A stretch of DNA of 59,356 nt, filler included, from Candidatus Woesearchaeota archaeon CG1_02_57_44 (lineage in GTDB: Archaea; Nanobdellota; Nanobdellia; Woesearchaeales; CG1-02-57-44): assembly GCA_001871415.1 (NCBI GenBank). It is 3 parts of 3 records of this genome, joined end to end, with 100 filler letters (N's around TTAATTAATTAA, not from the genome) between each part and the next. Parts side by side here need not be neighbours in the genome. Positions count along the whole stretch, not along the records: positions 26,293 to 33,459 come from MNWW01000054.1; positions 33,560 to 59,356 come from MNWW01000049.1; 1 more part is not named here. One strand, written 5' to 3'. The notes beneath the pieces were generated by a model that saw only the letters and a list, made by a program, of their open reading frames with translations, searched no databases and was not told the DNA's origin. The translations under genes were made by a program, and so were the position numbers. The first letter of the stretch is position 1. Every line of letters begins with the position of its first letter. Positions 27,621 to 36,973 of this stretch are shown one piece after another.

Positions 27621-28091
27621 CTATCGCTTCGCCTTCTTCGCGTGGCTTCCCGCCCGTCCGCGCAGCGAACTCACCGTTGCCTTGCCTTTGGTGGCAGCGA
27701 CCTTCGCGGCGCGCTTGAGCGTGCGCTTCGCCTTGGCGACAATCTTAGGTCCTGCTTTGCGGACCCTTCCGGCGGCCCGCTTGACAGCGTTCTTGGCCTT
27801 GCCTGGCGCTCGCTTCGCTGCCTTGACCGCCCGCTTGCTCTCTGCTTTCACCGCCGCCTCGACGGAGCGTATGGCCTTGCGCGTCTCGGGAGCGAGCTTA
27901 CCTGCGGCCTTCTTGCCGACCGCGGCGGCCTGACCCATGACCTTCTTGACCATATTCTTGCCTTCGGCTGGCTTGATGCCATGCGCTTTGCACGCGCTGG
28001 CGACATGCGCTTCCAGCTGCTCTGCGGTCAGGGCCGCAAGACCAATGCCCAGCAATACCCCTTTCTTCACCACATCTTTCATCAGCATCAC
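27621..28091 (-). CDS. Phasin-like N-terminus plus histone-H1-like Lys/Ala/Arg tail
   Basis: MKDVVKKGVLLGIGLAALTAEQ..EGKNMVK then AKRA/KAA repeats; adjacent to AarF kinase. Confidence 0.65.
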   Translation of the reverse strand: MMLMKDVVKKGVLLGIGLAALTAEQLEAHVASACKAHGIKPAEGKNMVKKVMGQAAAVGKKAAGKLAPETRKAIRSVEAAVKAESKRAVKAAKRAPGKAKNAVKRAAGRVRKAGPKIVAKAKRTLKRAAKVAATKGKATVSSLRGRAGSHAKKAKR

Positions 28092-28213
28092 CTTGCGTGT
28101 TGGTATGATCAGAGCAGACCCATCAGGCCGCCCTCTTGTTCATCGTGAGACATGACGCTTAAATATTTTTGCCATGCAGGAAGGGGCTTCGCGCCCACCG
28201 CTCATCAGGCAGC

Positions 28214-29833
28214 TCACTCCCGCGGCAATGGCACGATCAGGAGCAACAGGATGATTGCACCGATGACAGCTATCAACGAGAGCGCTGGCAGGCCGAGCAG
28301 CACCGGAGCGCCAAGCTGTATCGTGAGGCCCGCGAGCACGAGCAGCGCCCCGGCGATGAGGCCGAGCACCACCTTGCTGCTGCTCTTGTCAAGGTGCTTG
28401 TTCAGGTCGCGAAGCTCCGCGGGCTGCAGCTCCATCTCCACATGCAGCTGTCCGTCCTCGACGCGGTCCATGATGCGCTCCATGCGCTCGGGCAGTCTGC
28501 TGATGACCTTGACGACGCGTCTTCCTTTGCTGTAGAGCTCATGGCCGATGTGCCGCTTGCGCAGCATGCCGTGGACATAGTGGTCGATGACATCCCAGAT
28601 GCGAAAGTCCGGATCAAGCTCTATTGCCGTTCCTTCCACCGTGACCAGGGCCTTTGCGAACATCACAAAGTCGCGCGGCATACGGACCTGGTAGCGCACG
28701 CAGGCGCTGATGAGGTCAAAGAGCATGGTGGTCGTCGAGCCCTTGCCCAGCTGCTCGTCATGCACCCTGTAGACGATGTCGCTGAGTTCCTCCTCGAAGA
28801 GGTTGCGCAGCCGAAGCTCCACGTGCGCGTTGCAGATCTCCTCGATGGCGTCGGCCATGAGGCCTATCTCCTTGCGCCAGAAGTGCGCGAGCATGCGCAG
28901 CGCGGTATCCTTGCGCGTGTCGCTCCAGTACCCGACAATGCCAAAGTCGATGAGGCCAAGCTTGCCCTTGGGCATGACCAGCACATTGCCGGGATGCAGG
29001 TCAGCGTGGAAGAGCCCATCCTCGAACACCTGCTTGAGCATGGCATTGACAAGCAGGGTCGCTAGACGGGTGCGCTCAGCCGAAGGCATGGTATGCAGGG
29101 AATTGCGCAGCTTCTGCCCGTGAAGCCACTCGAGCACCAGCACCTTGCTGCTGGATACCTCAGGATAGGGCTTTGGTATGATGACATGCTTGTCCTTGGA
29201 GAAATTGTCATAGAATCGCTGGATGCTGGAGAGCTCATGGTGAAAGTCAAGCTCTTCCTTGCTGTAGCGCTTGAATTCCGTGATGATGGCGTCGAAGCTG
29301 ACATGCGGGTGCTTGCTGTGCCTCGCCGCGAGCGAGGCGAAGTGCTCGAGGATGGCTATATCAGCAGCGAACGCCTCTTGGGCATTGGGTCGCTGCACCT
29401 TGACCACGACATCCTTACCCTGATAGACAGCAGTATGGACCTGGCTGACACTCGCTGAGCCAAGGGGCTCTTTGCGCAGCTTGCTGAACGCTTCGCGGTG
29501 ATGCTGCTCGATGAGGATACGCCGGACCGTGGCATAGGACAGGGGCTGTGCCTGGTCCTGCAGCTTGGAGAAGGCGCGGCAATACTCCTGAGGGACCAGG
29601 TCAGGCCTGACAGAGAGTAACTGACCAAGCTTGATGAACGCGCCGCCAAGGCGGTCCATGATGGTGGCCAGCTTCTGCGGCACATCCTCATGATTGATGC
29701 TCGGCGGCTCTGCCAGGCGTTTGTGCCAAGGCAGAAAGTGCCACAGTTGCGTCTGCACCAGCATCCTGCCAAGGCCGCTGCGGTGCACCTCGCGCACGAT
29801 CTGACGCAACCGTCGGAACTCCATGCGTCTCAT
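28214..29833 (-). CDS. AarF/ABC1/UbiB-family atypical kinase
   Basis: FIKLGQ, SASVSQVH, VKVQRP, FHADLHPGN, IDFG; two C-terminal TMs. Confidence 0.95.
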   Translation of the reverse strand: MRRMEFRRLRQIVREVHRSGLGRMLVQTQLWHFLPWHKRLAEPPSINHEDVPQKLATIMDRLGGAFIKLGQLLSVRPDLVPQEYCRAFSKLQDQAQPLSYATVRRILIEQHHREAFSKLRKEPLGSASVSQVHTAVYQGKDVVVKVQRPNAQEAFAADIAILEHFASLAARHSKHPHVSFDAIITEFKRYSKEELDFHHELSSIQRFYDNFSKDKHVIIPKPYPEVSSSKVLVLEWLHGQKLRNSLHTMPSAERTRLATLLVNAMLKQVFEDGLFHADLHPGNVLVMPKGKLGLIDFGIVGYWSDTRKDTALRMLAHFWRKEIGLMADAIEEICNAHVELRLRNLFEEELSDIVYRVHDEQLGKGSTTTMLFDLISACVRYQVRMPRDFVMFAKALVTVEGTAIELDPDFRIWDVIDHYVHGMLRKRHIGHELYSKGRRVVKVISRLPERMERIMDRVEDGQLHVEMELQPAELRDLNKHLDKSSSKVVLGLIAGALLVLAGLTIQLGAPVLLGLPALSLIAVIGAIILLLLIVPLPRE

Positions 29834-30564
29834 CGTATCAGGGTGCCGCGAAAGGGCTTGCCGGAGAGGGTCTTTGCGAGGTTAGGCAATGACGCGCCCA
29901 TGAACGCGACCGCGATGTCTGAGGTCATGGCGAGCTTTGCCGCGATTGGATCAAAAGGCACGTGGCTGCCCGGGCTCCAGTCAGCAGAGAACATGGAGGA
30001 GAACTCCTTCCAGCTGAGCTGCCTGAGCGGTCTGGCTGCAGGGTCCTTGCGAGGATCAGCGGTGTACACGAAGTCCTGATTGCTCATGTTGATGACCAGC
30101 GGTGCCGAAAGCTGCTTGGCTATCATGACAGCGTCGTAGTCAGTGCTCCACCCAGGTTTCCAGCCGCCGCCGACAGCGATGCCTGGCTTGCTTGATTTCG
30201 CGATGGCCAGCGGTTTGCTCGGATCCGTGATGATGCCCGGCGTGCCCTGCCCCTGGCTGTCCAACGCCGCCTTGAGCAGCGATGCGTTCAGCCACGTGGC
30301 ATAGACGCCTATCCAGTCAAGGTCGCTGTCACTCGGCGTCCCGAGCTTCCGCGCGGTGTTCTGGTATTCCCTGCACAGTGAGCCGCCACCGACGATGAAC
30401 ACGGCTCTGCGCTTGGAGAGGTTCATCCTGCAGAAGGCAGCGAAACGTCGCAGATAGCTGAAGTCAGGGCCTTGCGGATTGACGAGCGAACCACCAAGCG
30501 ATATGACAATAGGCGTACTTGCTTTTGCAAAAGCAGGATATGAGGGAGATAATTCTCGCGCCAT
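29830..30564 (-). CDS. pyrH: UMP kinase (archaeal type)
   Basis: ISLGGS, VGGGSLCREYQ, DWIG, PGWSTDYDA, YTADP, PFDP, GTLI. Confidence 0.95.
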   Translation of the reverse strand: MARELSPSYPAFAKASTPIVISLGGSLVNPQGPDFSYLRRFAAFCRMNLSKRRAVFIVGGGSLCREYQNTARKLGTPSDSDLDWIGVYATWLNASLLKAALDSQGQGTPGIITDPSKPLAIAKSSKPGIAVGGGWKPGWSTDYDAVMIAKQLSAPLVINMSNQDFVYTADPRKDPAARPLRQLSWKEFSSMFSADWSPGSHVPFDPIAAKLAMTSDIAVAFMGASLPNLAKTLSGKPFRGTLIR

Positions 30565-30674
30565 GCCCCATTCACAGACACGGCGGTTTAAATAGGTTTC
30601 CCAGCGTGTCCTCAACCCATGATACCCTCATGGATGTAGAAGGCATCAATAACAGAAAGATTGGAAACGTAGAT

Positions 30675-30872
30675 TCAGAACTTCTTGAACAGCGCGATGG
30701 TGTCTATGAGGTCGATATGCCCCAGGAACAGCCCCCTGCAGCAGTATCGCTCAAGGCCCAGCTCGTCCATGACCTGCTTTGCGTCCTCGCCTTTCTTGGT
30801 GCGGGTCTTGTATTCCTCCCAGAGGTGACCGACCGGCTTTCCGCACGAGAAGCATCGCACAGGGATAATCAT
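30675..30872 (-). CDS. rpoN: RNA polymerase subunit N (Rpo10)
   Basis: MIIPVRCFSCGK..LGLERYCCR. Confidence 0.98.
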   Translation of the reverse strand: MIIPVRCFSCGKPVGHLWEEYKTRTKKGEDAKQVMDELGLERYCCRGLFLGHIDLIDTIALFKKF

Positions 30873-31200
30873 GGGATGCCGAAAACAGCACCCCATTTAT
30901 AAAGATTGCGATGAAAGCTGCGGCCTTCACATCACACCGGCAGCGTCAGGTCATCACGCCGCACCATCCCGTGTCAGGAGAGGGTAAGCCATGATGCTGC
31001 TGTGTACACCGCTTGCCATGGATGCTTGACGCGACGTATAGCGCACATACAGCGCGGTGCGCAGCATCGGGAACCTTTGCTATTGCAGTCATCCACAATA
31101 GCCCCTAGCATGACTATCGCAGGATTCTACCCTCCTTCCTATCCCGGCAGATTCACTCATTTCGTATCTCTTCGCGCTCCGGGCAGCAGGGCAGCGCAAT

Positions 31201-31749
31201 TCACCGCCACTTCTGCGCGAGCCATTCCTGATAGCCAAGGGTGTCCAGGAACTGCTCCATGTCCGAGACTCGTCGCTCCAGATTACCGATCTGGCGCAGC
31301 ATCTTGCTGCTGTTGCCTGTTTCCTGGCGAAGCGAATCAATATCCGAGCGAAGCCCGGACAGGCACACGGTGCCGGAACACACTTGCCCGGCATCCACTT
31401 TCCCCGCAGCAACAGCCCCGGCCGTGATATTCCCAGTCACCACAACGCTACCAGCACCGACAACAAGGACAGGATCAAGGCCGATCGTCACCTGCACCTG
31501 TGAAGGACTGTTGAGCAGCACCTGCCCTGATGCGCTTTGCAATATTGCCGGGTTTCTGACCTGTCCTTCGTGCGACCAGACGGCCCAACCAGCGTTCTGC
31601 CAGTCGCCTGTGTAGCTATTGCCTACCACTGCTCCGGTAAGGGCTCCATTTGAGTCAGTATGCGTAGAAAAATAGCCCAAGGAGACAAAGAACAGGCCAA
31701 TGATCAGAGCCCCTGATAGCGCAATATGGATGTCTTTTCCCACAAACAC
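31201..31749 (-). CDS. Membrane-anchored fibre-like protein 1
   Basis: N-terminal TM + LTGAVVG; beta-repeat segment, VCSGTVC, C-terminal coiled coil. Confidence 0.65.
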   Translation of the reverse strand: MFVGKDIHIALSGALIIGLFFVSLGYFSTHTDSNGALTGAVVGNSYTGDWQNAGWAVWSHEGQVRNPAILQSASGQVLLNSPSQVQVTIGLDPVLVVGAGSVVVTGNITAGAVAAGKVDAGQVCSGTVCLSGLRSDIDSLRQETGNSSKMLRQIGNLERRVSDMEQFLDTLGYQEWLAQKWR

Positions 31750-31778
31750 CTATTCCGTGCCATTAGTATATAAAAATG

Positions 31779-32330
31779 TTACCTTTGTGATGCCGCAACT
31801 TCCAGCGCCTTGACCTGCCGCTCAAGCTCAGTCACCCGTGCGACTAGGTCATTGACACACGCTGTGCTGGTGCAGACGTCGCCATCAGACACGATGGCAT
31901 CTCCTCGGACAGTCCCTGCGACATCGAGTGCCGCGGCGGGCGATTCAGTCAGTATCCCAACCTTGCCGCCGACGATGGTGAACACCGAGACGAAGGTCGC
32001 ATCATCAAGATTGCCAGAGCTTGCCGTGCCTATGGAGAATTTGCGGTCATCACGGGAATATCCCGTGGAGATGAACCCGTGGCTCGCGCTGCCGTCCAGG
32101 TAGCTGCCGATCAGCGTGTCATGATGCCACGCGCCCCGATACAGCCCAGGAGCGTTGCGCACTTCGCCGGGATTGATGCGCATGGCGATGCCGCCTTCAG
32201 CGCCAGCACCCGCGACCCTTCCCGTGAACCCATCGCCGCCCATGGCGACAAAGGTGGCGAGTATCAGAAAACCGATGACGACAATGGCAGTGAGCCATTC
32301 AGGATGAGACTGAGCCATACCATTGACCAT
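31779..32330 (-). CDS. Membrane-anchored fibre-like protein 2
   Basis: TM + FTGRVAG; GKVGILTESPAAALDVAG; VCTSTAC; coiled coil. Confidence 0.7.
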   Translation of the reverse strand: MVNGMAQSHPEWLTAIVVIGFLILATFVAMGGDGFTGRVAGAGAEGGIAMRINPGEVRNAPGLYRGAWHHDTLIGSYLDGSASHGFISTGYSRDDRKFSIGTASSGNLDDATFVSVFTIVGGKVGILTESPAAALDVAGTVRGDAIVSDGDVCTSTACVNDLVARVTELERQVKALEVAASQR

Positions 32331-32357
32331 AACAGAAGAAGAATAAAAACCTTGCCC

Positions 32358-33062
32358 TCACGGGCAGGGTACTTCCAAAGCGAACAGCTTGCCGCTGTTG
32401 TCGACGCACACGAATGCTGAACCGTTCTCATAGCCAGCGCCTGCATTCTTGATGGTGTCGACGACAACATCCTTGTAGAACACAATCTTGCCGTCTTGCG
32501 GGTTGAACTTCAGGACCTGGGCAGGATAGCCGGGGTTCCCCTCTTCCAGGTATTCAAGCACAAAGGAAGCACCCCACGCGTTGGACAGGAAGAACTTGTT
32601 ATTGCCATCGAGCGCGTAGCTATAGGCGCTCACGTTATTCGCCACAATGCTTCCCGCGACCTCAAGCTTCGCTGAAGGATTCGTTGCCCCGATGCCTACC
32701 CTGCCCTGCTCATCCAGCAGGATTCCATCCAGGATGGAACCACCCGGGGAGCGTGTCGCCAGCAGAAGCCTGCTTCCAACCGGATCGACGGGCATCATCT
32801 CTATCCTCGCGCTTCGCCACCCCTCGTCAGCAAGGATGATGCGCGCAGGGTTGCCAAGTTTGCTGCGCACAGCGAATTGGTAATACCAGGCATCTGAAAC
32901 AGAGGTCATATCATTGACCGTCAGGCGGCCATTGCCGTCATAGGTGGCCTTACCTACACCGCCACCGCTGCCCGCCATCCCGAAGGCCACAACCAGAAGC
33001 CCTCCGACTATCAGGTACGGCAATAAAGAAGCGTAATCAATCTTTTTCGCGTTGTTTCCCAT
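32358..33062 (-). CDS. Membrane-anchored fibre-like protein 3
   Basis: TM; GRVGIGATNPSAKLEVAG; C-terminal VCVDNSGKL..PC; RBS GGAGG. Confidence 0.7.
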   Translation of the reverse strand: MGNNAKKIDYASLLPYLIVGGLLVVAFGMAGSGGGVGKATYDGNGRLTVNDMTSVSDAWYYQFAVRSKLGNPARIILADEGWRSARIEMMPVDPVGSRLLLATRSPGGSILDGILLDEQGRVGIGATNPSAKLEVAGSIVANNVSAYSYALDGNNKFFLSNAWGASFVLEYLEEGNPGYPAQVLKFNPQDGKIVFYKDVVVDTIKNAGAGYENGSAFVCVDNSGKLFALEVPCP

Positions 33063-33218
33063 GAAAGACGACCTCCAAAATACAATTTGCACTGATTCTC
33101 GGATTCCTGTTATATAAATATTTCTGTGATGCCACAATGACACTTGTGAACATGCCCTGTCGTGGCGCAGTGAACCAAGACAGTCATCGCGCCAAGACGG
33201 ATTGACAAGAAAGGGCCC

Positions 33219-33356
33219 AATAACAAAAATCCACCACTCGGCGCTAACCGCGGCCTGAAGGCCGCGGTATTACCGCGCCTCGTCATTGCAGGCGGATTTT
33301 TGAATTGCAAAGCACGTCCTGAAGGACGGGGTATTCAACCCCGTGCTTTGCAATAA
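33219..33356 (-). repeat. Palindromic ~138-bp dispersed element, copy 3 (complete)
   Basis: Reverse complement of copy 2 with 2 substitutions; TGTTATT at both ends. Confidence 0.92.
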
Positions 33357-33459
33357 CACTACAGCTTCCCTATCGCCTCAAGCAGACGACGGTGTCCTTC
33401 GACAAGGCGCTGAAATTCCGCTTGCGTCTCTGGTGACAGGACCATCGCGCCCTTACCTC

Positions 33460-33559
33460 NNNNNNNNNNNNNNNNNNNNNNNNNNNNNNNNNNNNNNNNN
33501 NNNTTAATTAATTAANNNNNNNNNNNNNNNNNNNNNNNNNNNNNNNNNNNNNNNNNNNN
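33460..33559. other. Artificial contig linker
   Basis: N44-TTAATTAATTAA-N44. Confidence 0.98.
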
Positions 33560-33686
33560 TCCGCCACTCGGCGCTAACCGCGGCCTGAAGGCCGCGGTAT
33601 TACCGCGCCTCGTCATTGCAGGCGGATTTTTGAATTGCAAAGCACGTCCTGAAGGAGGGGGTATTCAACCCCGTGCTTTGCAATAA
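33560..33686 (-). repeat. Palindromic element, copy 4 (truncated by contig start)
   Basis: Matches copy 3 except 2 nt; 33560-33645 is the exact reverse complement of 1-86. Confidence 0.92.
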
Positions 33687-33735
33687 CAGTAGAGAATAAG
33701 GAGATCACGGATATAAGAGTCGAGCAGACACGCGC

Positions 33736-34734
33736 TCAGTAGCCGATTTCTTTGTTCAACGCGTCAAGCGCCTTCTGCGCCGCGCTGACATAGTCGCCTG
33801 AACTCGCCCCCGCGCCAACGCCATCAGCCGCGCGCGCCCCCCCTGGTTTCTCATACGCGTAGAGGATGCCGCTGCTGCTGTTCACGCGATGCAAGGAGAG
33901 CGCCTCTTTGTCATCCTGTCCAGCAGCAGCCCCGGCCTCGCGCAGTATCCGCGAGACCTCGCTCGCGCTGCCGCCTTGCGCCCCGACGCCCGGTATGAGC
34001 AAGGGTACCTGATTCTCCCAGAGCATTGACAGCGACGAGAGCTCAGCAGGATACGTCGCGCCGACAACAGCGCCTGTCCCCCACTGCTTGATGCGCGATG
34101 CGACAGCGTGGTACAATGGAACACCTGCCCCATCGCTTCCTCTTGTGGTCATCGCTATGTCAGCACGCTCAGGAACAACGACGCGGACATCCTGCACTTC
34201 CGGCGCGCTCGGATTGCTCGTCCTGCATAGCACATACGCGCCCAGCTTGTCAGCGATAGGAAACACGCAGTCGCTGCCGAGGTAGGGATGCACGGTCATC
34301 GCGTCCGCGCCCCAGAACAATGCTTCCTGGACATAGGCCGCGCTCGTGCTGCCGATGTCGCCGCGCTTGGCGTCAAGGATGACCAGATGGCCTTGCTGCT
34401 TGGCTTCAGCTATCACATCCTTGAGAGCGCGCAGGCCATCCATGCCATACTGCGCGAAGAACGCATAATTTGGTTTGATAGCTCCTGCCTCAAAGGCGAG
34501 CAACGGAGAGAAGAAACTGGTGAGTGCCTGATAGTCGCTGCCCGCGTCCTTGCCCATGGCCTCGAGCGCCGGCTTGATGCGCTCCATGACCGGGTCCATG
34601 CCAAGGCACGCGATGCTGCCCGAGCTCTCCGCATGGTCGCGCAGCTTTGCGACAAATTCCTTTCGCGCGCCGCTTGATGTCATGGCGTTGCCAGCACGTC
34701 CATCGCTACCGCCTATGCCGGCTGCTGGACTCAT
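33736..34734 (-). CDS. pyrF: Orotidine-5'-phosphate decarboxylase
   Basis: CLGMDP, KPNYAFF, ILDAKRGDIGST, RTSNP, GAVVGAT, LIPGVGAQGG. Confidence 0.96.
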   Translation of the reverse strand: MSPAAGIGGSDGRAGNAMTSSGARKEFVAKLRDHAESSGSIACLGMDPVMERIKPALEAMGKDAGSDYQALTSFFSPLLAFEAGAIKPNYAFFAQYGMDGLRALKDVIAEAKQQGHLVILDAKRGDIGSTSAAYVQEALFWGADAMTVHPYLGSDCVFPIADKLGAYVLCRTSNPSAPEVQDVRVVVPERADIAMTTRGSDGAGVPLYHAVASRIKQWGTGAVVGATYPAELSSLSMLWENQVPLLIPGVGAQGGSASEVSRILREAGAAAGQDDKEALSLHRVNSSSGILYAYEKPGGARAADGVGAGASSGDYVSAAQKALDALNKEIGY

Positions 34735-35405
34735 GCTTCCACCTTCTGCGCCCACGACGCAGGATCTTCCTTGAAGAGCAAGACCTTCGCTATCTCATCA
34801 GTGCTCAATACGCCCATGCTGCGCGCCGCTTCCACCAGCTCTGTGAACGTGCCCAGCACCGTCAGCCCGACAGCCGCTTCAGCGAGAGCGTCAGCCGCTT
34901 TTGTCAGTTCATAAGTGAAGATGGCGTAGCATTGCACTACATCAGCGTCGGCTTCGCGCAGATGCCCGACGCATTTGAGCATGCTGCCTGCCGTGCTGAT
35001 GAGATCCTCGATGACGATGACCTTGGCCCCTGAAGCCAGACGACCTTCGATAGCGTTGTGCTTGCCATGCCCCTTGGGCTCTGGCCTCACATACACCATT
35101 GGTTTGTCCAGCCTGTCAGCTATCAGCGTTGCCCAGGGGATGCCGCTTGTCGAGACACCAGCGACGACGTCAAAGTCAGGACCCGCGCGTAAGGCGGCAA
35201 GGAATGCCTCAACGACCGCCCCACGCGCCGCAGTGCCAGAGAGCAGCACGCGATTGTCGCAGTAGATAGGGCTCCTGATGCCGCTGGCCCAGGTGAACGG
35301 CTCTTTGAAATTGAGCATCACTGCCTGCTGTTGGAGCAATAGTACGGGCACAGAAATGCGCGGACCTGCATCATTGAAATTCGCTGTCTGGTCAGGTGGA
35401 ATCAT
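34731..35405 (-). CDS. pyrE: Orotate phosphoribosyltransferase
   Basis: FTWASGIRSPIYCDNR, K.HG, VIEDLISTAGS. Confidence 0.97.
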   Translation of the reverse strand: MIPPDQTANFNDAGPRISVPVLLLQQQAVMLNFKEPFTWASGIRSPIYCDNRVLLSGTAARGAVVEAFLAALRAGPDFDVVAGVSTSGIPWATLIADRLDKPMVYVRPEPKGHGKHNAIEGRLASGAKVIVIEDLISTAGSMLKCVGHLREADADVVQCYAIFTYELTKAADALAEAAVGLTVLGTFTELVEAARSMGVLSTDEIAKVLLFKEDPASWAQKVEA

Positions 35406-35457
35406 TGTGTACCTCCCATCATAATTTTGCTATCCATAGTATCATCCATATCGCATG

Positions 35458-36750
35458 TCAATCGTTCTCTTCGCCAGCGCCTTCCCGCAGGACCTGCCGC
35501 CCCCTGCAGCGGGTGTCAGGTTCGCCGTCATAGGCGACTGTCCCTCCGGCGATGGTAACGGCAACTCTGCCGTGAAGCTGCTTGCCGACCATAGGCGTCC
35601 AGCCACATTTGGTGTAGAGCTCTCCAAGGTCAGTCTCCTGTTTCGGCTCAAGCACCGCGATGTCAGCGTCAGCGCCGACCGCCAGCACGCCTTTGTCGAA
35701 GAATCCCCAACGAAGCGCGGCGCCAGCCGACGTGAGGCGCCAGACATCGTCCAATGATATCACATCACGATGCATCAATGCAAGCACCGCGGGAAAGTAA
35801 TGATCAAGCCCTGGCACACCTGATGGCGCCCCATCCGATTGTTTCTCATCATGCATGTGTGGCGCGTGGTCTGTGGCGATGCAGGTCACCTTGCCAAGCG
35901 AGCCCAACAACCCTTCGCGCTCTTGCTTGCTGCGCAATGGTGGATTCATCTTGCCGTATGGCCCGAGTCGTTCTAGATCAGAAAGATCAAGGTGCAGGTG
36001 GTGCGGCGTCGCCTCGCAGGTGACCGCGCCCATCTCACCAGCAGCAGCGACAAGGCTAACACTGCCCGCGGTCGTGAGATGGCAGCAGTGCAGTTGCGCC
36101 TTGCAGGATTTCGCCATGGCGACGGCTCTGCGAACACCAGACAGCTCTGACGCAGCTGGCCGCCCTGCCGCGTGCGCCATCGGCTCTTGCGCAGGCGTAT
36201 TCATGGACTCGTCTTCTGCGTGCACGCAGACGAGCAACCCTGCCCGCCTCGCCTCCGTCATCAACTGCTTCTGTATAGCATCCTTGTCGACCAGGAGATT
36301 GCCTGTGGTGCTGGCCAGGTACAGTTTGCCTGAGCACGCGACCTGCGCCCCCTGCGCTATCTCTGCGCCGGGCATGAGCGCGATATGCGCGCCGTAGTTG
36401 ATGATCGATTTGTCATGGGCAAGCTTCAGCTTCTCGCGCAACGCCGAGACAGTCGCCGTCGGAGGACTGTTGTTGGGCATGTCCAGCATCGTTGTCACAC
36501 CCCCGTGCGCCGCGGCCATGCTTGCCGTCCGCCAGTCTTCCTTTTGTGTCGCGCCGGGCTCACGTACATGCACATGAGGGTCGATAGCGCCGGGCAGCAC
36601 CAGCTTCCCTGCGACATCAAATACCTGTTCGCCAACAGCGTCCATGCGTGAGGGCGTGACACTGATGTCTGTGATCTTGCCATCAGACAAGAGGATGCTG
36701 CAGTCCATCAGACCTTCTGGCAATAGCGCCTTGCAGTTCTTCAGGAGCAT
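35458..36750 (-). CDS. pyrC: Dihydroorotase
   Basis: DPHVHVREPG, DMPNN, HAED, MNPPLR, ATDHAPH. Confidence 0.95.
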   Translation of the reverse strand: MLLKNCKALLPEGLMDCSILLSDGKITDISVTPSRMDAVGEQVFDVAGKLVLPGAIDPHVHVREPGATQKEDWRTASMAAAHGGVTTMLDMPNNSPPTATVSALREKLKLAHDKSIINYGAHIALMPGAEIAQGAQVACSGKLYLASTTGNLLVDKDAIQKQLMTEARRAGLLVCVHAEDESMNTPAQEPMAHAAGRPAASELSGVRRAVAMAKSCKAQLHCCHLTTAGSVSLVAAAGEMGAVTCEATPHHLHLDLSDLERLGPYGKMNPPLRSKQEREGLLGSLGKVTCIATDHAPHMHDEKQSDGAPSGVPGLDHYFPAVLALMHRDVISLDDVWRLTSAGAALRWGFFDKGVLAVGADADIAVLEPKQETDLGELYTKCGWTPMVGKQLHGRVAVTIAGGTVAYDGEPDTRCRGRQVLREGAGEEND

Positions 36751-36929
36751 GGCGGCCTCCAGTATAGTTCGGCATGCACCTGCACCGTCAGAGGAGCATC
36801 ATGGCCAGGTTCCATGCCTACGGCTAGTCTCGCGAAGCTGGAACGCAGCAGGCGCAGCGTCACGGGGCTGCTGACCTCGGTATGCGGCGATACCACTACG
36901 TCTCCTTCTTGCTTAGACGCGGGTTTCAT
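36741..36929 (-). CDS. Possible small hypothetical protein within the pyr operon
   Basis: 62-aa ORF filling the pyrK-pyrC gap; no recognisable motif. Confidence 0.25.
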   Translation of the reverse strand: MKPASKQEGDVVVSPHTEVSSPVTLRLLRSSFARLAVGMEPGHDAPLTVQVHAELYWRPPCS

Positions 36930-36973
36930 GGTGTTTGCTACCTGTTCACCAAAGGATGTTCAATAAGAGCTGT

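Noticed and set aside
30900..31200. Intergenic gap near rpoN checked for a tRNA or ncRNA
   Set aside because: No cloverleaf or convincing stems found by eye
31201..33062. Prophage interpretation of the fibre-like genes
   Set aside because: No integrase, terminase, capsid or att sites; the proteins have N-terminal membrane anchors
36741..36929. Small ORF as the missing pyrI or an attenuator peptide
   Set aside because: Lacks PyrI's Zn-binding cysteines and GTVIDHI motif; no terminator/antiterminator seen
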